DNA of 64,000 nucleotides from Candidatus Latescibacterota bacterium. Its GTDB lineage: Bacteria > Latescibacterota > UBA2968 > UBA8231. The stretch lies in contig OZ244561.1 in the NCBI GenBank assembly GCA_965217585.1, positions 3,040,001 through 3,104,000 on the forward strand, read 5' to 3'. Positions 1-9,118 of this stretch are shown here, one piece after another. Position numbers and translations under genes: made by a program. Numbering within the stretch: position 1 is the first letter of the stretch; every line of letters starts with the position of its first letter. The notes below the pieces were generated by a model. It had not been told where the DNA came from. It searched no databases and was given only the letters and a program-made list of their open reading frames with translations.

Positions 1-808
1 TGAGCGTCGGTCTGTTGGCAAGGGGGCCGGTCGGGTTGTAGCCGAGGTTGGGGTACGCGCCGACGGGGCCGGCAAACGCCTCCCGGAGTATGGGGAGACC
101 GACGGAGATGTTTTCCGGGTTGCTGCACATGAGCAGGACGGCATCGACGGGATGGCCTTCGAGGGCGCTGGCGAGATCAATCAGGCTCTCGCCATACTGC
201 ATTGCGCCGTCGTCTTGGATGTGCCGGACTCCGAGGAAGACCGGCACGCCCGCCTCGGCACAGCCGTCGACAGCCTCGACGCAGTCCTCGATGAAGCCGA
301 CGTACTCGGCTAGGATCAGGTCGGCGCCCTCGTCGGCTAGGAGCCTGGCGTGGTCGGCCCACTCCCTGCGGTACGCCTCGAGACCCAAGGCGCAGGCGTC
401 TGAGACCAGGCTGGTAGGTGACATCGCTCCCTGGAGGCTGGGGGCGGCGATACCGCCGGCGACGTACGCCTCCTGGCGCATGGCGTTGCGGGCCTCGACG
501 GCGTTGCGGATCGCGGCGGTTGCATAGGTGCGCCAGGCGTGGCGCTCACCGATAGAGTCGAGCCGGGTAGGCGTCGTCCAGAAGTTGTTGCTGGTGATGA
601 TGTCGGCCCCGACGCGGAGGTAGTCTGAGTGCACCTGCTGGACCACGTCGGCATACTCGAGGTTCGCCGTTGCCGACCACGCCTTGAGTCGGTCTTCGGC
701 ATCTTTGAGGACATCGGCTCCGCGACGCTGCAACTCCGAGCCGGTCCCACCGTCCAGCAGAAGCGCATCGCCGTTGTGGAGCTGCTGAGAGATAGTGTGT
801 GCGGCCAT
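1..808 (-). CDS. homocysteine S-methyltransferase family protein (3' end outside window)
   Basis: Manual translation, absent from ORF track: MAAHTISQQLHNGDALLLDGGTGSELQRRG...VHSDYLRVGADIITSNNF...LLMCS...GAYPN; GAGGAG RBS before ATG at 808. Confidence 0.85.
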   Translation of the reverse strand, partial: MAAHTISQQLHNGDALLLDGGTGSELQRRGADVLKDAEDRLKAWSATANLEYADVVQQVHSDYLRVGADIITSNNFWTTPTRLDSIGERHAWRTYATAAIRNAVEARNAMRQEAYVAGGIAAPSLQGAMSPTSLVSDACALGLEAYRREWADHARLLADEGADLILAEYVGFIEDCVEAVDGCAEAGVPVFLGVRHIQDDGAMQYGESLIDLASALEGHPVDAVLLMCSNPENISVGLPILREAFAGPVGAYPNLGYNPTGPLANRPTL

Positions 809-972
809 TTGGTCTCCTCACTGCTAATTAGCCTTGCCCTGCCATGGGAGGGCAATCGAATACGCGCAGCATAGAAGGTAAATGTCTGCCGGATCGCATC
901 AAGGCAAATGAGATACCTCGGCAGGTGCCGCAGCCAACCCGACCGTCGGAGCCGATTGTTCGGCGGCACTAG

Positions 973-1776
973 TTAGCTCCCCGTAGAGCGGTAGTGCCGC
1001 ACGCCCACTTGCCAGATGTGCAGACAGATGACAAAAAAGAGCAGGCCCACGATCGGGGCTAGCCATTGGAATAACGGGCCTGAACCCAAGGGGTCGGGGC
1101 GCTCCAGAATCCCCAAGGCCGGGTAATAGCTGACGCAGGCGAGGGGGATGACGTAGGTGAAAAAGCGGCGGAACCACGTGCGGTAAATCGCCAGTGGGTA
1201 CTGGGCTGTCTCCACGCCGCCGTAGGTTACGGTGTTGACGATTTCTAGGCTTTCGGTAGTCCAAAAAGCCAGCGTCGCCTGCAGCACTATGAGGCCGTAA
1301 AACAGGCAAGCGCCACCGAGGACGGTGAGCAAGGCGAGGAGTAGCTTGTCCGGCGTCCAGGCCAAGTCTAGGGCATGTGAGGCCCACAGCAGGACGACCA
1401 AGCCCTGGATGAGGCGGCCGATGCGCTTGAGGGTGAGTTCTTGTCCGGCTAGTTGCAAGGCCGTACTGCGGGGGCGCAATAACAGGCGGTCGAAGTCGCC
1501 GCTTTTGACCGTGGAGGCGAACAAGTCAAAGCCGCGCGAGAAGGCGTCGCACAGGGCAAAGGCGATATTGATCAGGCCGTAAAAGAAGGCTACTTCGGGC
1601 AGGCTCCAAGTGTCGAGGGCGGCGAAGCGGTCGAAGAGCACCCAGATGCCCAAGAATTCCAGGCCGGTCATTAGGCCGTGGCCCACGGACAGCATGACAA
1701 AAGAGGCCCGGTACTGCATTTGGCTGCGGAAGGAGATGTCGATATAGCGGCCGTATAGGCGCAGTCCGTCGAGCAC
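973..1776 (-). CDS. ABC-2 family transporter permease (DUF990-like)
   Basis: 267 aa, multi-TM, YRASF and GDFDRLLLRP motifs. Confidence 0.85.
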   Translation of the reverse strand: MLDGLRLYGRYIDISFRSQMQYRASFVMLSVGHGLMTGLEFLGIWVLFDRFAALDTWSLPEVAFFYGLINIAFALCDAFSRGFDLFASTVKSGDFDRLLLRPRSTALQLAGQELTLKRIGRLIQGLVVLLWASHALDLAWTPDKLLLALLTVLGGACLFYGLIVLQATLAFWTTESLEIVNTVTYGGVETAQYPLAIYRTWFRRFFTYVIPLACVSYYPALGILERPDPLGSGPLFQWLAPIVGLLFFVICLHIWQVGVRHYRSTGS

Positions 1777-1780
1777 GGTT

Positions 1781-2575
1781 TCAGCCTCCTTGGACGACCA
1801 AGCGGCGGGTGCCGCGATAGAGGAGGAAGCGGCCCAACCCCACCAGTGCTATAGTCCACGCGAGCTGGTGCCCCACCACCGACCAGACTTGCGACGCGGG
1901 AATGTGCCCCATGTAGAGGCGGAAAGGGGTGTCGGCCAAGCCGCGGAAAGGCATGAAGTCGAGTATGGGTTGGAACGCGTCGGGAAACAGCGGCAAGGGG
2001 ATCACCATGCCCGAAAAAACGTAGATGCATATCCCGAGCATTTGAATGGTGCCCTCTCCGGCGATGGTCCACAACAAGGAGACGTTGACCAAGTTGGACA
2101 GGGCTCCGCCTAGGAGGATAGCGCCCACTGTGGCCAAAGCCCAAGCCGCAGCCGCAGCTGGGGACGCGGGAGCTTGTAGGCCGAAGAAGAGCAAGGCTAG
2201 GCACAACAACGGCAAGGAGCGCAGCAGGGCGGGGGCGATGCGGGTGGCGAGGGCGCGGCTGTACCAAAAGGCGTACAGATCAACGGGCCGCACCAGTTCA
2301 TAGGCCACCGTGCCTGTCCGCACCATAGTGCGCACGTCGTTGTCGGGATTCCAAGGCAAGAGGGCGAACAGGGCCTGACCAAGCCAGACATAATTGACCA
2401 CCTCGGCGTAAGTCATGGGCTGCGCTTGGGTCGCCGTGCGATAGAAGGCTTCGAAGATCATCACCCGAATGAGCCCCCAAAATAACTGTGTGCTCATGCC
2501 GGCGAGGGCCGCGGCCCGGTACTGCAGCAACATGCGGATGCGGGCGCTGAGGACGGCCAGATAGGGCCGCATCAA
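1781..2575 (-). CDS. ABC-2 family transporter permease
   Basis: [16 protein letters not shown] and [11 protein letters not shown] motifs; multi-TM. Confidence 0.85.
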   Translation of the reverse strand: MMRPYLAVLSARIRMLLQYRAAALAGMSTQLFWGLIRVMIFEAFYRTATQAQPMTYAEVVNYVWLGQALFALLPWNPDNDVRTMVRTGTVAYELVRPVDLYAFWYSRALATRIAPALLRSLPLLCLALLFFGLQAPASPAAAAAWALATVGAILLGGALSNLVNVSLLWTIAGEGTIQMLGICIYVFSGMVIPLPLFPDAFQPILDFMPFRGLADTPFRLYMGHIPASQVWSVVGHQLAWTIALVGLGRFLLYRGTRRLVVQGG

Positions 2576-3552
2576 GGGCGGTCCCGATAGAGTTGGGCGA
2601 TGACTTCCTCAATGGGTGGGTTTTCCACAAAGAGGTCGCGCACCTCGTGGCGGGCGGTGATGCGGCTGATGAGGGCCGGGGCTGAAATGCGTTCGGGTGC
2701 AAAGCTGAGATGCACCCGGGGGCCGTCGCGCTGCACGACGCGAGCGGCCTCGTCTTCGATGATTGCCGCGGGATCGACCAGATCGACGATGAGGCGGCGC
2801 TCGGACGAGACGCGGGTGCGCAAATCGGCGAGGCTGCCGTCGGAGAGGATGGTGCCGTCGCCGATGACCATGATCCGGTTGCACAGGGCTTCGATATCGT
2901 CCATGTCGTGGGTGGTCAGGATGACGGTGGTGCCCTCTCGGCGGTTGAGTTCTTTGATGAAATCGCGCATCGCCAATTTGGCAACCGCGTCGAGGCCAAT
3001 GGTCGGCTCGTCCAAAAAGAGCAGGCGCGGGCCGTGGAGCAGGGCCGCCACCAGATCGCAGCGCATGCGCTGGCCCAAGCTGAGTTGGCGCACGGGCACG
3101 TCGAGGAAGGAAGAAAGTTCCAACATGGCGATGAGCGCGTCGCGCCGGCGGCGGTAGGCATCGGCGGGGACTTTGTAGATGTCGCGCAGCAGATCGAAGG
3201 ACTCAATGGCCGGCAAGTCCCACCACAACTGGGTGCGCTGGCCGAAGACCACCCCAATGCGGCTGACGTGGCTAATGCGGTCCTGCCAAGGGACGCGACC
3301 TTGGACCTCGCAGCGCCCCGAATCGGGCACGACGATGCCGGAGAGGATTTTGACCGTGGTGGATTTACCAGCGCCATTGGGGCCGATATAGCCGACCAGT
3401 TCGCCGACTTCTAGGGAGAAAGAAATGCCGTCCAACGCCCGAATGGTGCGGTGCGAGCGCTGCACAATGCCCCGGAAGGCACCCCAAAGGCCGGGGCGGC
3501 GCTCGGCAATGCGGTAGGTTTTGACTAGGTTTTCAACGACGATTTGGGGCAT
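2572..3552 (-). CDS. ABC transporter ATP-binding protein
   Basis: Walker A GPNGAGKS, signature LSLGQ, Walker B LLFLDEPT. Confidence 0.95.
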   Translation of the reverse strand: MPQIVVENLVKTYRIAERRPGLWGAFRGIVQRSHRTIRALDGISFSLEVGELVGYIGPNGAGKSTTVKILSGIVVPDSGRCEVQGRVPWQDRISHVSRIGVVFGQRTQLWWDLPAIESFDLLRDIYKVPADAYRRRRDALIAMLELSSFLDVPVRQLSLGQRMRCDLVAALLHGPRLLFLDEPTIGLDAVAKLAMRDFIKELNRREGTTVILTTHDMDDIEALCNRIMVIGDGTILSDGSLADLRTRVSSERRLIVDLVDPAAIIEDEAARVVQRDGPRVHLSFAPERISAPALISRITARHEVRDLFVENPPIEEVIAQLYRDRP

Positions 3553-3614
3553 GAATACTAAATAACGAGTACTAGTGTAACAGGAGCCATTTGGGGGTTG
3601 CTCCTTTTATCGGA

Positions 3615-4217
3615 CTAGTCGGGAGCGGCCGCGGATTTTTCATAGGGTCGGATAAAGGATTCAGGCTCGACGCCTAAGGCCTCTGCCACGCGGTTTATAT
3701 AGTTGAAATAGCCGATGATTTGGACTGCGTCGTGGATGCCGCGATCGTCAAAGCCGTGCTGACGCAATTGGTCGATGTCCGCAGCGGTTGAGTCCTGGGG
3801 TCGCCGGGTCAGTTTTTCGGCAAAGGCGCATAGGGCTTGGTCGGCCGGGGACAGGTCGGCTTGGCGCCAGTCCGCGGATAATTGATGTACCAGCCGGTCG
3901 GCCGAAGGCCCTTCTTCAACGGCAAAATCGCGAGCGACCTCAGCCCGGAGGTCGTGGGCGTGGGCGCGTATTCAGTACACGCAGTGATTCGTGGCTGAAA
4001 CGACTACGGCCAGCATTTCGCGCTGGCCTCGGCTCAGGGGCGAGGGGCCGTACATGATGGCCCCGTAAAAATCCAGTGAGGTCTTCATAGCCCGGGGGTT
4101 GAGGCTCATGATGGAGACAATGCCCCAAATGCGCCCGGCCCGAGCGAGGGCGGCTTCGTACTGCTTTTTGAGCAGGCCGGTGGCCCGTTTTAGGGGAATG
4201 ATGTCTATATAGGGCAT
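3615..4217 (-). CDS. AhpD-like peroxidase-related selenoprotein, 200 aa, UGA(Sec) at 3972-3974
   Basis: Track ORF stops at ...NHCVY-TGA. The same frame continues IRAHAHDLR...DQALCAFAEKLT...LRQHGFDDRGIHDAVQIIGYFNYINRVAEALGVEPE to TAG at 3615. TGA occupies the second Cys position of the AhpD CxxC motif. Confidence 0.88.
3935..3954 (-). promoter_or_regulatory. putative bacterial SECIS hairpin
   Basis: CGACCUC-CGGGCU-GAGGUCG, perfect 7-bp stem starting 17 nt after the UGA; G at loop position 2. Confidence 0.7.
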
Positions 4218-4375
4218 TTGTTAATCGCCTCTGTGACGGTATAACTGGCTGCCGACGGCAAAATGCGTGACATTGTTGCGAGTTTTTTGCTCTCAACCGG
4301 AGATCACTACCGCGTCGAAAAAGGGACGCAACCCCACCTAGCGCAACAATGCGCCATATAGAAGGAGCCGTTTCC

Positions 4376-5269
4376 ATGCCCATCCGCTTCGTCTTCCTCA
4401 CCGACACTCACCACTACCCCGACGCCCCCGAAGACTACGGCGCGCCCAAGATGCTCACCCGCAGCCAGGAGGTGCACGACGCGATTCCCTCTGCCCTCAA
4501 CGCGCAGGCTTTCGATTTTGTCGTCCACGGCGGCGACTTCCTCTGTGGCGGGTCGTCCTTCGACCTGCCCACCGAGACCTATTTGCGCTCGATTGACGAG
4601 GCGGCTACGGCCTTCGCGCGGATTGAAGCCCCTTTCTACTCAATCCCCGGCAACCACGACTGCGACGCCCAGAGCGGATCCTTCGACGGTTTTGCCGCCC
4701 GCTTTCCCTATCCCGACCCGCTGATCGTCGTCGATGCCGCGCCGCGCCTGCGCTTGGCACTGGCCAATGTCTTCCACGACTGCGATGTCTTTGAGAAAGG
4801 GTCTGGCGTCTGGACCGACGTCTTGGATGAGGCTCTGCGCGCTGCCGCTGCTCAAGCTCTAGCCGATGGCTGTGCCCTGCTGCTCGTTCTCCACACTTGG
4901 GTTCTGCCCGAGTTCTCTTGGGACCACGGCGTGGTCGAAGGCGCGCCTCGTCTGGTCAAAACGCTCGACGAAAGCCCTGCTATCGTCGCTGCCTTCACCG
5001 GCCACCGCCACATCAACCGCATCACCGCCTACCGCGACTATCTAGTCGTCGATACGGCCTGTCTGATCGGCTTCCCCTTGGGGTATCGCAGCGTTGTGCT
5101 CTCTGACGATGGCTTTTTCAAGACGCGCTTCCACACTCTCGACCTGCCCGATCTACTACAAGCTTCCTACGACCGCTCGACGCCCGAGGAGAACCGGGTC
5201 TGGGAAGGTCACATCTTCGACCGGGACGTGGAGATTCTGGTGCCTCGGCTCAGGGCGCTGTGGGGTTGA
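4376..5269 (+). CDS. calcineurin-like metallophosphoesterase
   Basis: DTH, GGD, GNHD, GHRH motifs; AAGGAG RBS. Confidence 0.9.
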   Translation: MPIRFVFLTDTHHYPDAPEDYGAPKMLTRSQEVHDAIPSALNAQAFDFVVHGGDFLCGGSSFDLPTETYLRSIDEAATAFARIEAPFYSIPGNHDCDAQSGSFDGFAARFPYPDPLIVVDAAPRLRLALANVFHDCDVFEKGSGVWTDVLDEALRAAAAQALADGCALLLVLHTWVLPEFSWDHGVVEGAPRLVKTLDESPAIVAAFTGHRHINRITAYRDYLVVDTACLIGFPLGYRSVVLSDDGFFKTRFHTLDLPDLLQASYDRSTPEENRVWEGHIFDRDVEILVPRLRALWG

Positions 5270-5322
5270 ATGGGGCGACTCAGCGACTGCTCTATAAAAC
5301 CTTATCGCAATAGTCTGCTCAT

Positions 5323-6801
5323 TCACTCTCGGCCACCATAGCGGTTTAATAGCTCGGCTGTCTCAGTAGCATTGTGTTCCGTCGCAATGTGTAGTGGTGT
5401 CAGGCCATCGTCGCTCTCAGCGTTGACCTCGGCTCCCTGCTTAAGCAGCAGTTCGGCTGTCGCAGCAGCATCCGTCTCTGCCGCATTGTGCAGTGGCGTC
5501 AGCCCCTTGTCGGTTTTGGCGTTGATGTCGGCCTCTTGCTCGATCAACAATTGGGCTATTTCGGTTGCATTGTGTGCCGCCGCATAATGCAGCGGTGTCC
5601 AGCCCTTGTCGGCTTTGGCGTTGATGTCGGCTCCTTGCTCGATCAACAATTGGGCTATTTCGGTTGCATTGTGTACCGCCGCATGGTGCAGCGGTGTCCA
5701 GCCCTCGTCGGCTTTAGCATTGATGTCGGCTCCTTGCTCGATCAACAATTGGGCTATTTCGGTTGCATTGTGTGCCGCCACATGGTGCAGCGGAGTCAGC
5801 CCCTTGTCGATTTTAGCATTGATGTCGGCCCCTTGCTCGATCAACAATTGGGCTATTTCGATTGCATTGTTTGCCGCCGCATCGTGTAGTGGCGTCGATC
5901 CCCTGTTGCTCTTGGCGTTAACGTCGGCCCCTTGCGTTAGTAAGAGTTGGGCTATTTCGGTTGCATTGTTTGCCGCCGCGTTGTGCAGCGGTGTCCAGCC
6001 CTCGTCGGCTTTGGCGTTTATGTCGGCCCCTTGCTCGATCAACAATTGGGCTATTTCGATTGCATTGTGTACCGCCGCATGGTGCAGCGGTGTCCAGCCC
6101 TCGTCGATTTTAGCATTGATGTCGGCCCCTTGCTCGATCAACAATTGGGCTGTTTCGATTGCATTTTTACACGCTGCATTGTATAGCGGTGTCCAGCCCC
6201 CGTCGATTTTAGCATTGATGTCGGCCCCTTGCGTTAGTAAGAGTTGGGCTGTTTCGGTCGCATTGTTTGCCGCTGCATGGTGCAGCGGTGTCCAGCCCCC
6301 GTCGATTTTAGCATTGATGTCGGCCCCTTGCGTCAGTAAGAGTTGGGCTGTTTCGGTCGCATTTTCCCACGCTGCACTGTGTAGTGGCGTCCATCCCCTG
6401 TTGCTCTTGGCGTTAACGTCGGCTCCTTGCGTTAGTAAGAGTTGGGCTGTTTCGGTTGCATTTTCCCACGCTGCATAGTGCAGCGGTGTCCGGCCATCGT
6501 CGATTTTAGCATTGATGTCGGCCCCTTGCGTCAGTAAGAGTTGGGTTGTTTCAGTCGCATTGTTTGCCGCCGCATGGTGCAGTGGTGTCTCATCCTCGCT
6601 GTTCTTGGCGTTGACGTTAGCTCCCCATGTTATTAACAGTTGGGCCGTTTCAGCCATATTGTTTGCTGCTGCCCAGTGCAGTGGTGTCTTATCGGCCTTG
6701 ATACTGGCGAACAACACGAGGCCAATGACCAAGAGCACCACTATGCCCAAGACCTTGGCCAATCGCCGGGCTTTAGTCTTTTTTGGCGGTCCGTTGCTCA
6801 T
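5323..6801 (-). CDS. membrane-anchored ankyrin repeat protein (14 repeats)
   Basis: Basic N-terminus and TM helix, then 14 TPLHxAA...GADINAK 33-aa repeats. Confidence 0.95.
   Translation of the reverse strand: MSNGPPKKTKARRLAKVLGIVVLLVIGLVLFASIKADKTPLHWAAANNMAETAQLLITWGANVNAKNSEDETPLHHAAANNATETTQLLLTQGADINAKIDDGRTPLHYAAWENATETAQLLLTQGADVNAKSNRGWTPLHSAAWENATETAQLLLTQGADINAKIDGGWTPLHHAAANNATETAQLLLTQGADINAKIDGGWTPLYNAACKNAIETAQLLIEQGADINAKIDEGWTPLHHAAVHNAIEIAQLLIEQGADINAKADEGWTPLHNAAANNATEIAQLLLTQGADVNAKSNRGSTPLHDAAANNAIEIAQLLIEQGADINAKIDKGLTPLHHVAAHNATEIAQLLIEQGADINAKADEGWTPLHHAAVHNATEIAQLLIEQGADINAKADKGWTPLHYAAAHNATEIAQLLIEQEADINAKTDKGLTPLHNAAETDAAATAELLLKQGAEVNAESDDGLTPLHIATEHNATETAELLNRYGGRE
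5326..6690 (-). repeat. 99-bp tandem ankyrin-coding repeat array
   Basis: Near-identical DNA units, e.g. ttagcattgatgtcggccccttgc recurring every 99 bp. Confidence 0.9.
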
Positions 6802-7018
6802 TTCGTTTCTCGCAATTGGGTGGTAGTGTCTAGTGGTATTGGTGTCTGCGTTGGGTTTTTGCTATTGCTCTCTTGAGCCGACATTTGCTTTGCGCGATGG
6901 CTCCCTGATGTCTAAAACATATTATAGTATAGATGTCGGTTGAAGTTCACGGCAAGCGTCGGTGCCGCGTTGCGGAGACTGTAACTTAAAATCACATCTT
7001 TCTCTGAGGAGTAATCCC

Positions 7019-7825
7019 ATGAGCCGCGATCTCCCCCGGACAATTTTAGGCCGCACCAATCTCGAGATTACCCGATTCGGCATCGGCGGCACGTATTGCG
7101 AGTCGGTCGATGGATACAGGGCGGCGCTCGATTGCGGCGTTAACTACGTCGATACGGCACGCAGCTATCAGGGCGGTGAAGACGAGAAGTTGATCGGCCA
7201 AGCGATCGAGGGCCGGCGCCACGATCTCATCATAGCCAGCAAATCCGCGCGGCGCGACGCCGCAGGGGCGCGCGAAGAGTTGCAAACCTCTTTGCGCGCG
7301 CTCAAAACAGACTATCTCGATATTTTCCAGCTCCACCACTTAAACACTGAAGAAGAACGCAACCAAGCGCTGGGCCCCGGCGGAGCATTAGAAGCCGCCC
7401 AACAAGCCCGCGAAGAAGGCCTAGTGCGCTTTATCGGCGTCACCGGACACGATTGGGTGCAAGTGGAACAGGCGGTCCGCACCGGCCACTTTGATACTGT
7501 ACTTTGCTGGTATAATTGCGCGATGAAAGAGCCGGAAGAAACGGTTTTTCCCGCAGCGCAGGCCGCCAAGACGGGCGTGGTGATCATGAACGCCTCGCGC
7601 AACGAGAGGTTGCTAAAAGGCCCCGGCGCGCCCGCCCCTGAACAATTCTATCGCTACGTGCTCAGCCACGACGCCGTGCATACCACGGTCATGGGTTTGC
7701 GCAATGTCGATCTCTTCGCACAAGTTGCCGCTGGTTTGTCGGAGCGCGAGATACTCACGCCCCAAGAGCGGGCTGAGCTTGAGTCCTATGGAGCACAACA
7801 GCGGGCGTCCGGGGTGCTGGAATGA
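7019..7825 (+). CDS. aldo/keto reductase
   Basis: LGRTNL, YVDTARSY, IIASK, LKTDYLDIFQLH, VRFIGVTGH. Confidence 0.9.
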   Translation: MSRDLPRTILGRTNLEITRFGIGGTYCESVDGYRAALDCGVNYVDTARSYQGGEDEKLIGQAIEGRRHDLIIASKSARRDAAGAREELQTSLRALKTDYLDIFQLHHLNTEEERNQALGPGGALEAAQQAREEGLVRFIGVTGHDWVQVEQAVRTGHFDTVLCWYNCAMKEPEETVFPAAQAAKTGVVIMNASRNERLLKGPGAPAPEQFYRYVLSHDAVHTTVMGLRNVDLFAQVAAGLSEREILTPQERAELESYGAQQRASGVLE

Positions 7826-8003
7826 GTGCTAACAGCGAGAACAGGATGGTTAAGCTGTTCACTAGCCAACCTTTTCTCAGAACAGCGGCTCATTATGTAT
7901 GGTTTCCGATTGGACGTTGTGTTCTTTAAAAACGACGTACTTGATGTATAAGAAAAATACAGTAAATTTCTGACAGTCTATCAAAAACGGAAGCGAGAAA
8001 GAT

Positions 8004-8636
8004 GTGAGCGAAATGACTCATATGGCCGACAAGATCATGAAGAGAGTGTCCGCACACGGTAGGGGCAGGTGGGTGTGCACACCGAAGGACTTCCTAGACC
8101 TCGGCAGCCGTGAAGCCGTTGACCAAGCCTTGTCGCGTCTCGTCAAAGCGGATCAGCTACGCCGGGTCGGCCACGGGCTGTACGATATGCCTAGGATGAG
8201 CGACGTCCTGAAGCGGCCCGCGCCAGTCGATCTTGATGCCTCCATAGCAGCGCTCGCAAGAAGGGACGGTGTCCGTATTATGCCCGATGGCTTGGCGGCT
8301 GCGAATCAGCTTGGGCTCACCAACGCGCTACCTGCTAAGGCATCTTACGTGACGGATGGCTCCTCAAGGACGGTCAAGATCGACGGACGAACGGTCCGGT
8401 TCCGCCATGCGGGGCCGAGCGTCATGCAGTGGGCGGGAAAGCCGTCGGCACCGGTGGTGCAAGCGTTGCGCTGGCTTGGCCCAGAGGCTGCTGCCGACGC
8501 GCAGGTCGTTTCGATTTTGAGTCGCCATCTTCCCGACGCGGTGAAGCGCGATCTGTTCCAAAACAGCCGGCACCTGCCCGGTTGGGCGCTGCCGCTGGCA
8601 CGCAGTATCACGGCTGATCAGGCCGTTGCCGTATGA
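8004..8636 (+). CDS. type IV TA antitoxin, AbiEi-like (DUF6088 family)
   Basis: PKDFLDLGSREAVDQALSRL...RVGHGLY...AANQLGLT; ATGA overlap with AbiEii remnant. Confidence 0.8.
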   Translation: MSEMTHMADKIMKRVSAHGRGRWVCTPKDFLDLGSREAVDQALSRLVKADQLRRVGHGLYDMPRMSDVLKRPAPVDLDASIAALARRDGVRIMPDGLAAANQLGLTNALPAKASYVTDGSSRTVKIDGRTVRFRHAGPSVMQWAGKPSAPVVQALRWLGPEAAADAQVVSILSRHLPDAVKRDLFQNSRHLPGWALPLARSITADQAVAV

Positions 8637-9023
8637 GTGGAACCTTCGAGACCTTCCCCACCCTTTCGGAACAAGACAAGCGGGACGTGTTCGAAGCGTC
8701 GGCGAGCCGACTTGATACGTTGCCCAGTTACGTAGAAAACGACTTCTGGGTCTGTCTTGTCCTCGATGTGCTCTACAACCGGCTGCCCGACGGGCATCCG
8801 AAACTGCTTTTCAAGAGCGGGACCTCCCTGTCCAAGGCATTTGGGCTTATTCGGCGGTTCTCTGAAGACATCGATCTCGGTGAGATTGGTTCCACAGGCG
8901 GCTCTGCGCACAGTGATTGAGCGGGATTACGTAGCCATGCAGGGGATGATCCTCGGGGATGTTCCGACTTTCGGATGGGTCGTGGAACAGCTTCAGCGGG
9001 CCGAGGCCACGATCAACGAATGA
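8633..9023 (+). pseudogene. AbiEii nucleotidyltransferase toxin, internally deleted and frameshifted
   Basis: N-terminus ENDFWV...FKSGTSLSKAFGLIRRFSEDIDL jumps near 8880 to the C-terminus RLVPQ...ERDYVAMQGMI in another frame. Confidence 0.85.
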
Positions 9024-9025
9024 AA

Positions 9026-9110
9026 TTGCGCTCGGCTCGCAAACGCCTACGAGAGGAGATGCTGAAGATGGCTAAACGGGAATTGCAGGGATAAGCCCCT
9101 TCGCACGACG
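9026..9110 (+). repeat. 85-bp diverged copy of ECF sigma gene segment 17607-17691
   Basis: Manual alignment, 79/85 identical. Confidence 0.85.
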
Positions 9111-9118
9111 GGTAGCCA

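Noticed and set aside
809-972. Possible SAM or cobalamin riboswitch upstream of the homocysteine methyltransferase
   Set aside because: Only a simple hairpin (TTGCCCT..AGGGCAA); no recognisable aptamer consensus
5606-6478. 290-aa + strand repetitive ORF
   Set aside because: Antisense shadow of the ankyrin gene
5326-6690. 99-bp repeats as a CRISPR array or DGR template/variable pair
   Set aside because: In-frame ankyrin coding repeats with no spacers; no reverse transcriptase in the window
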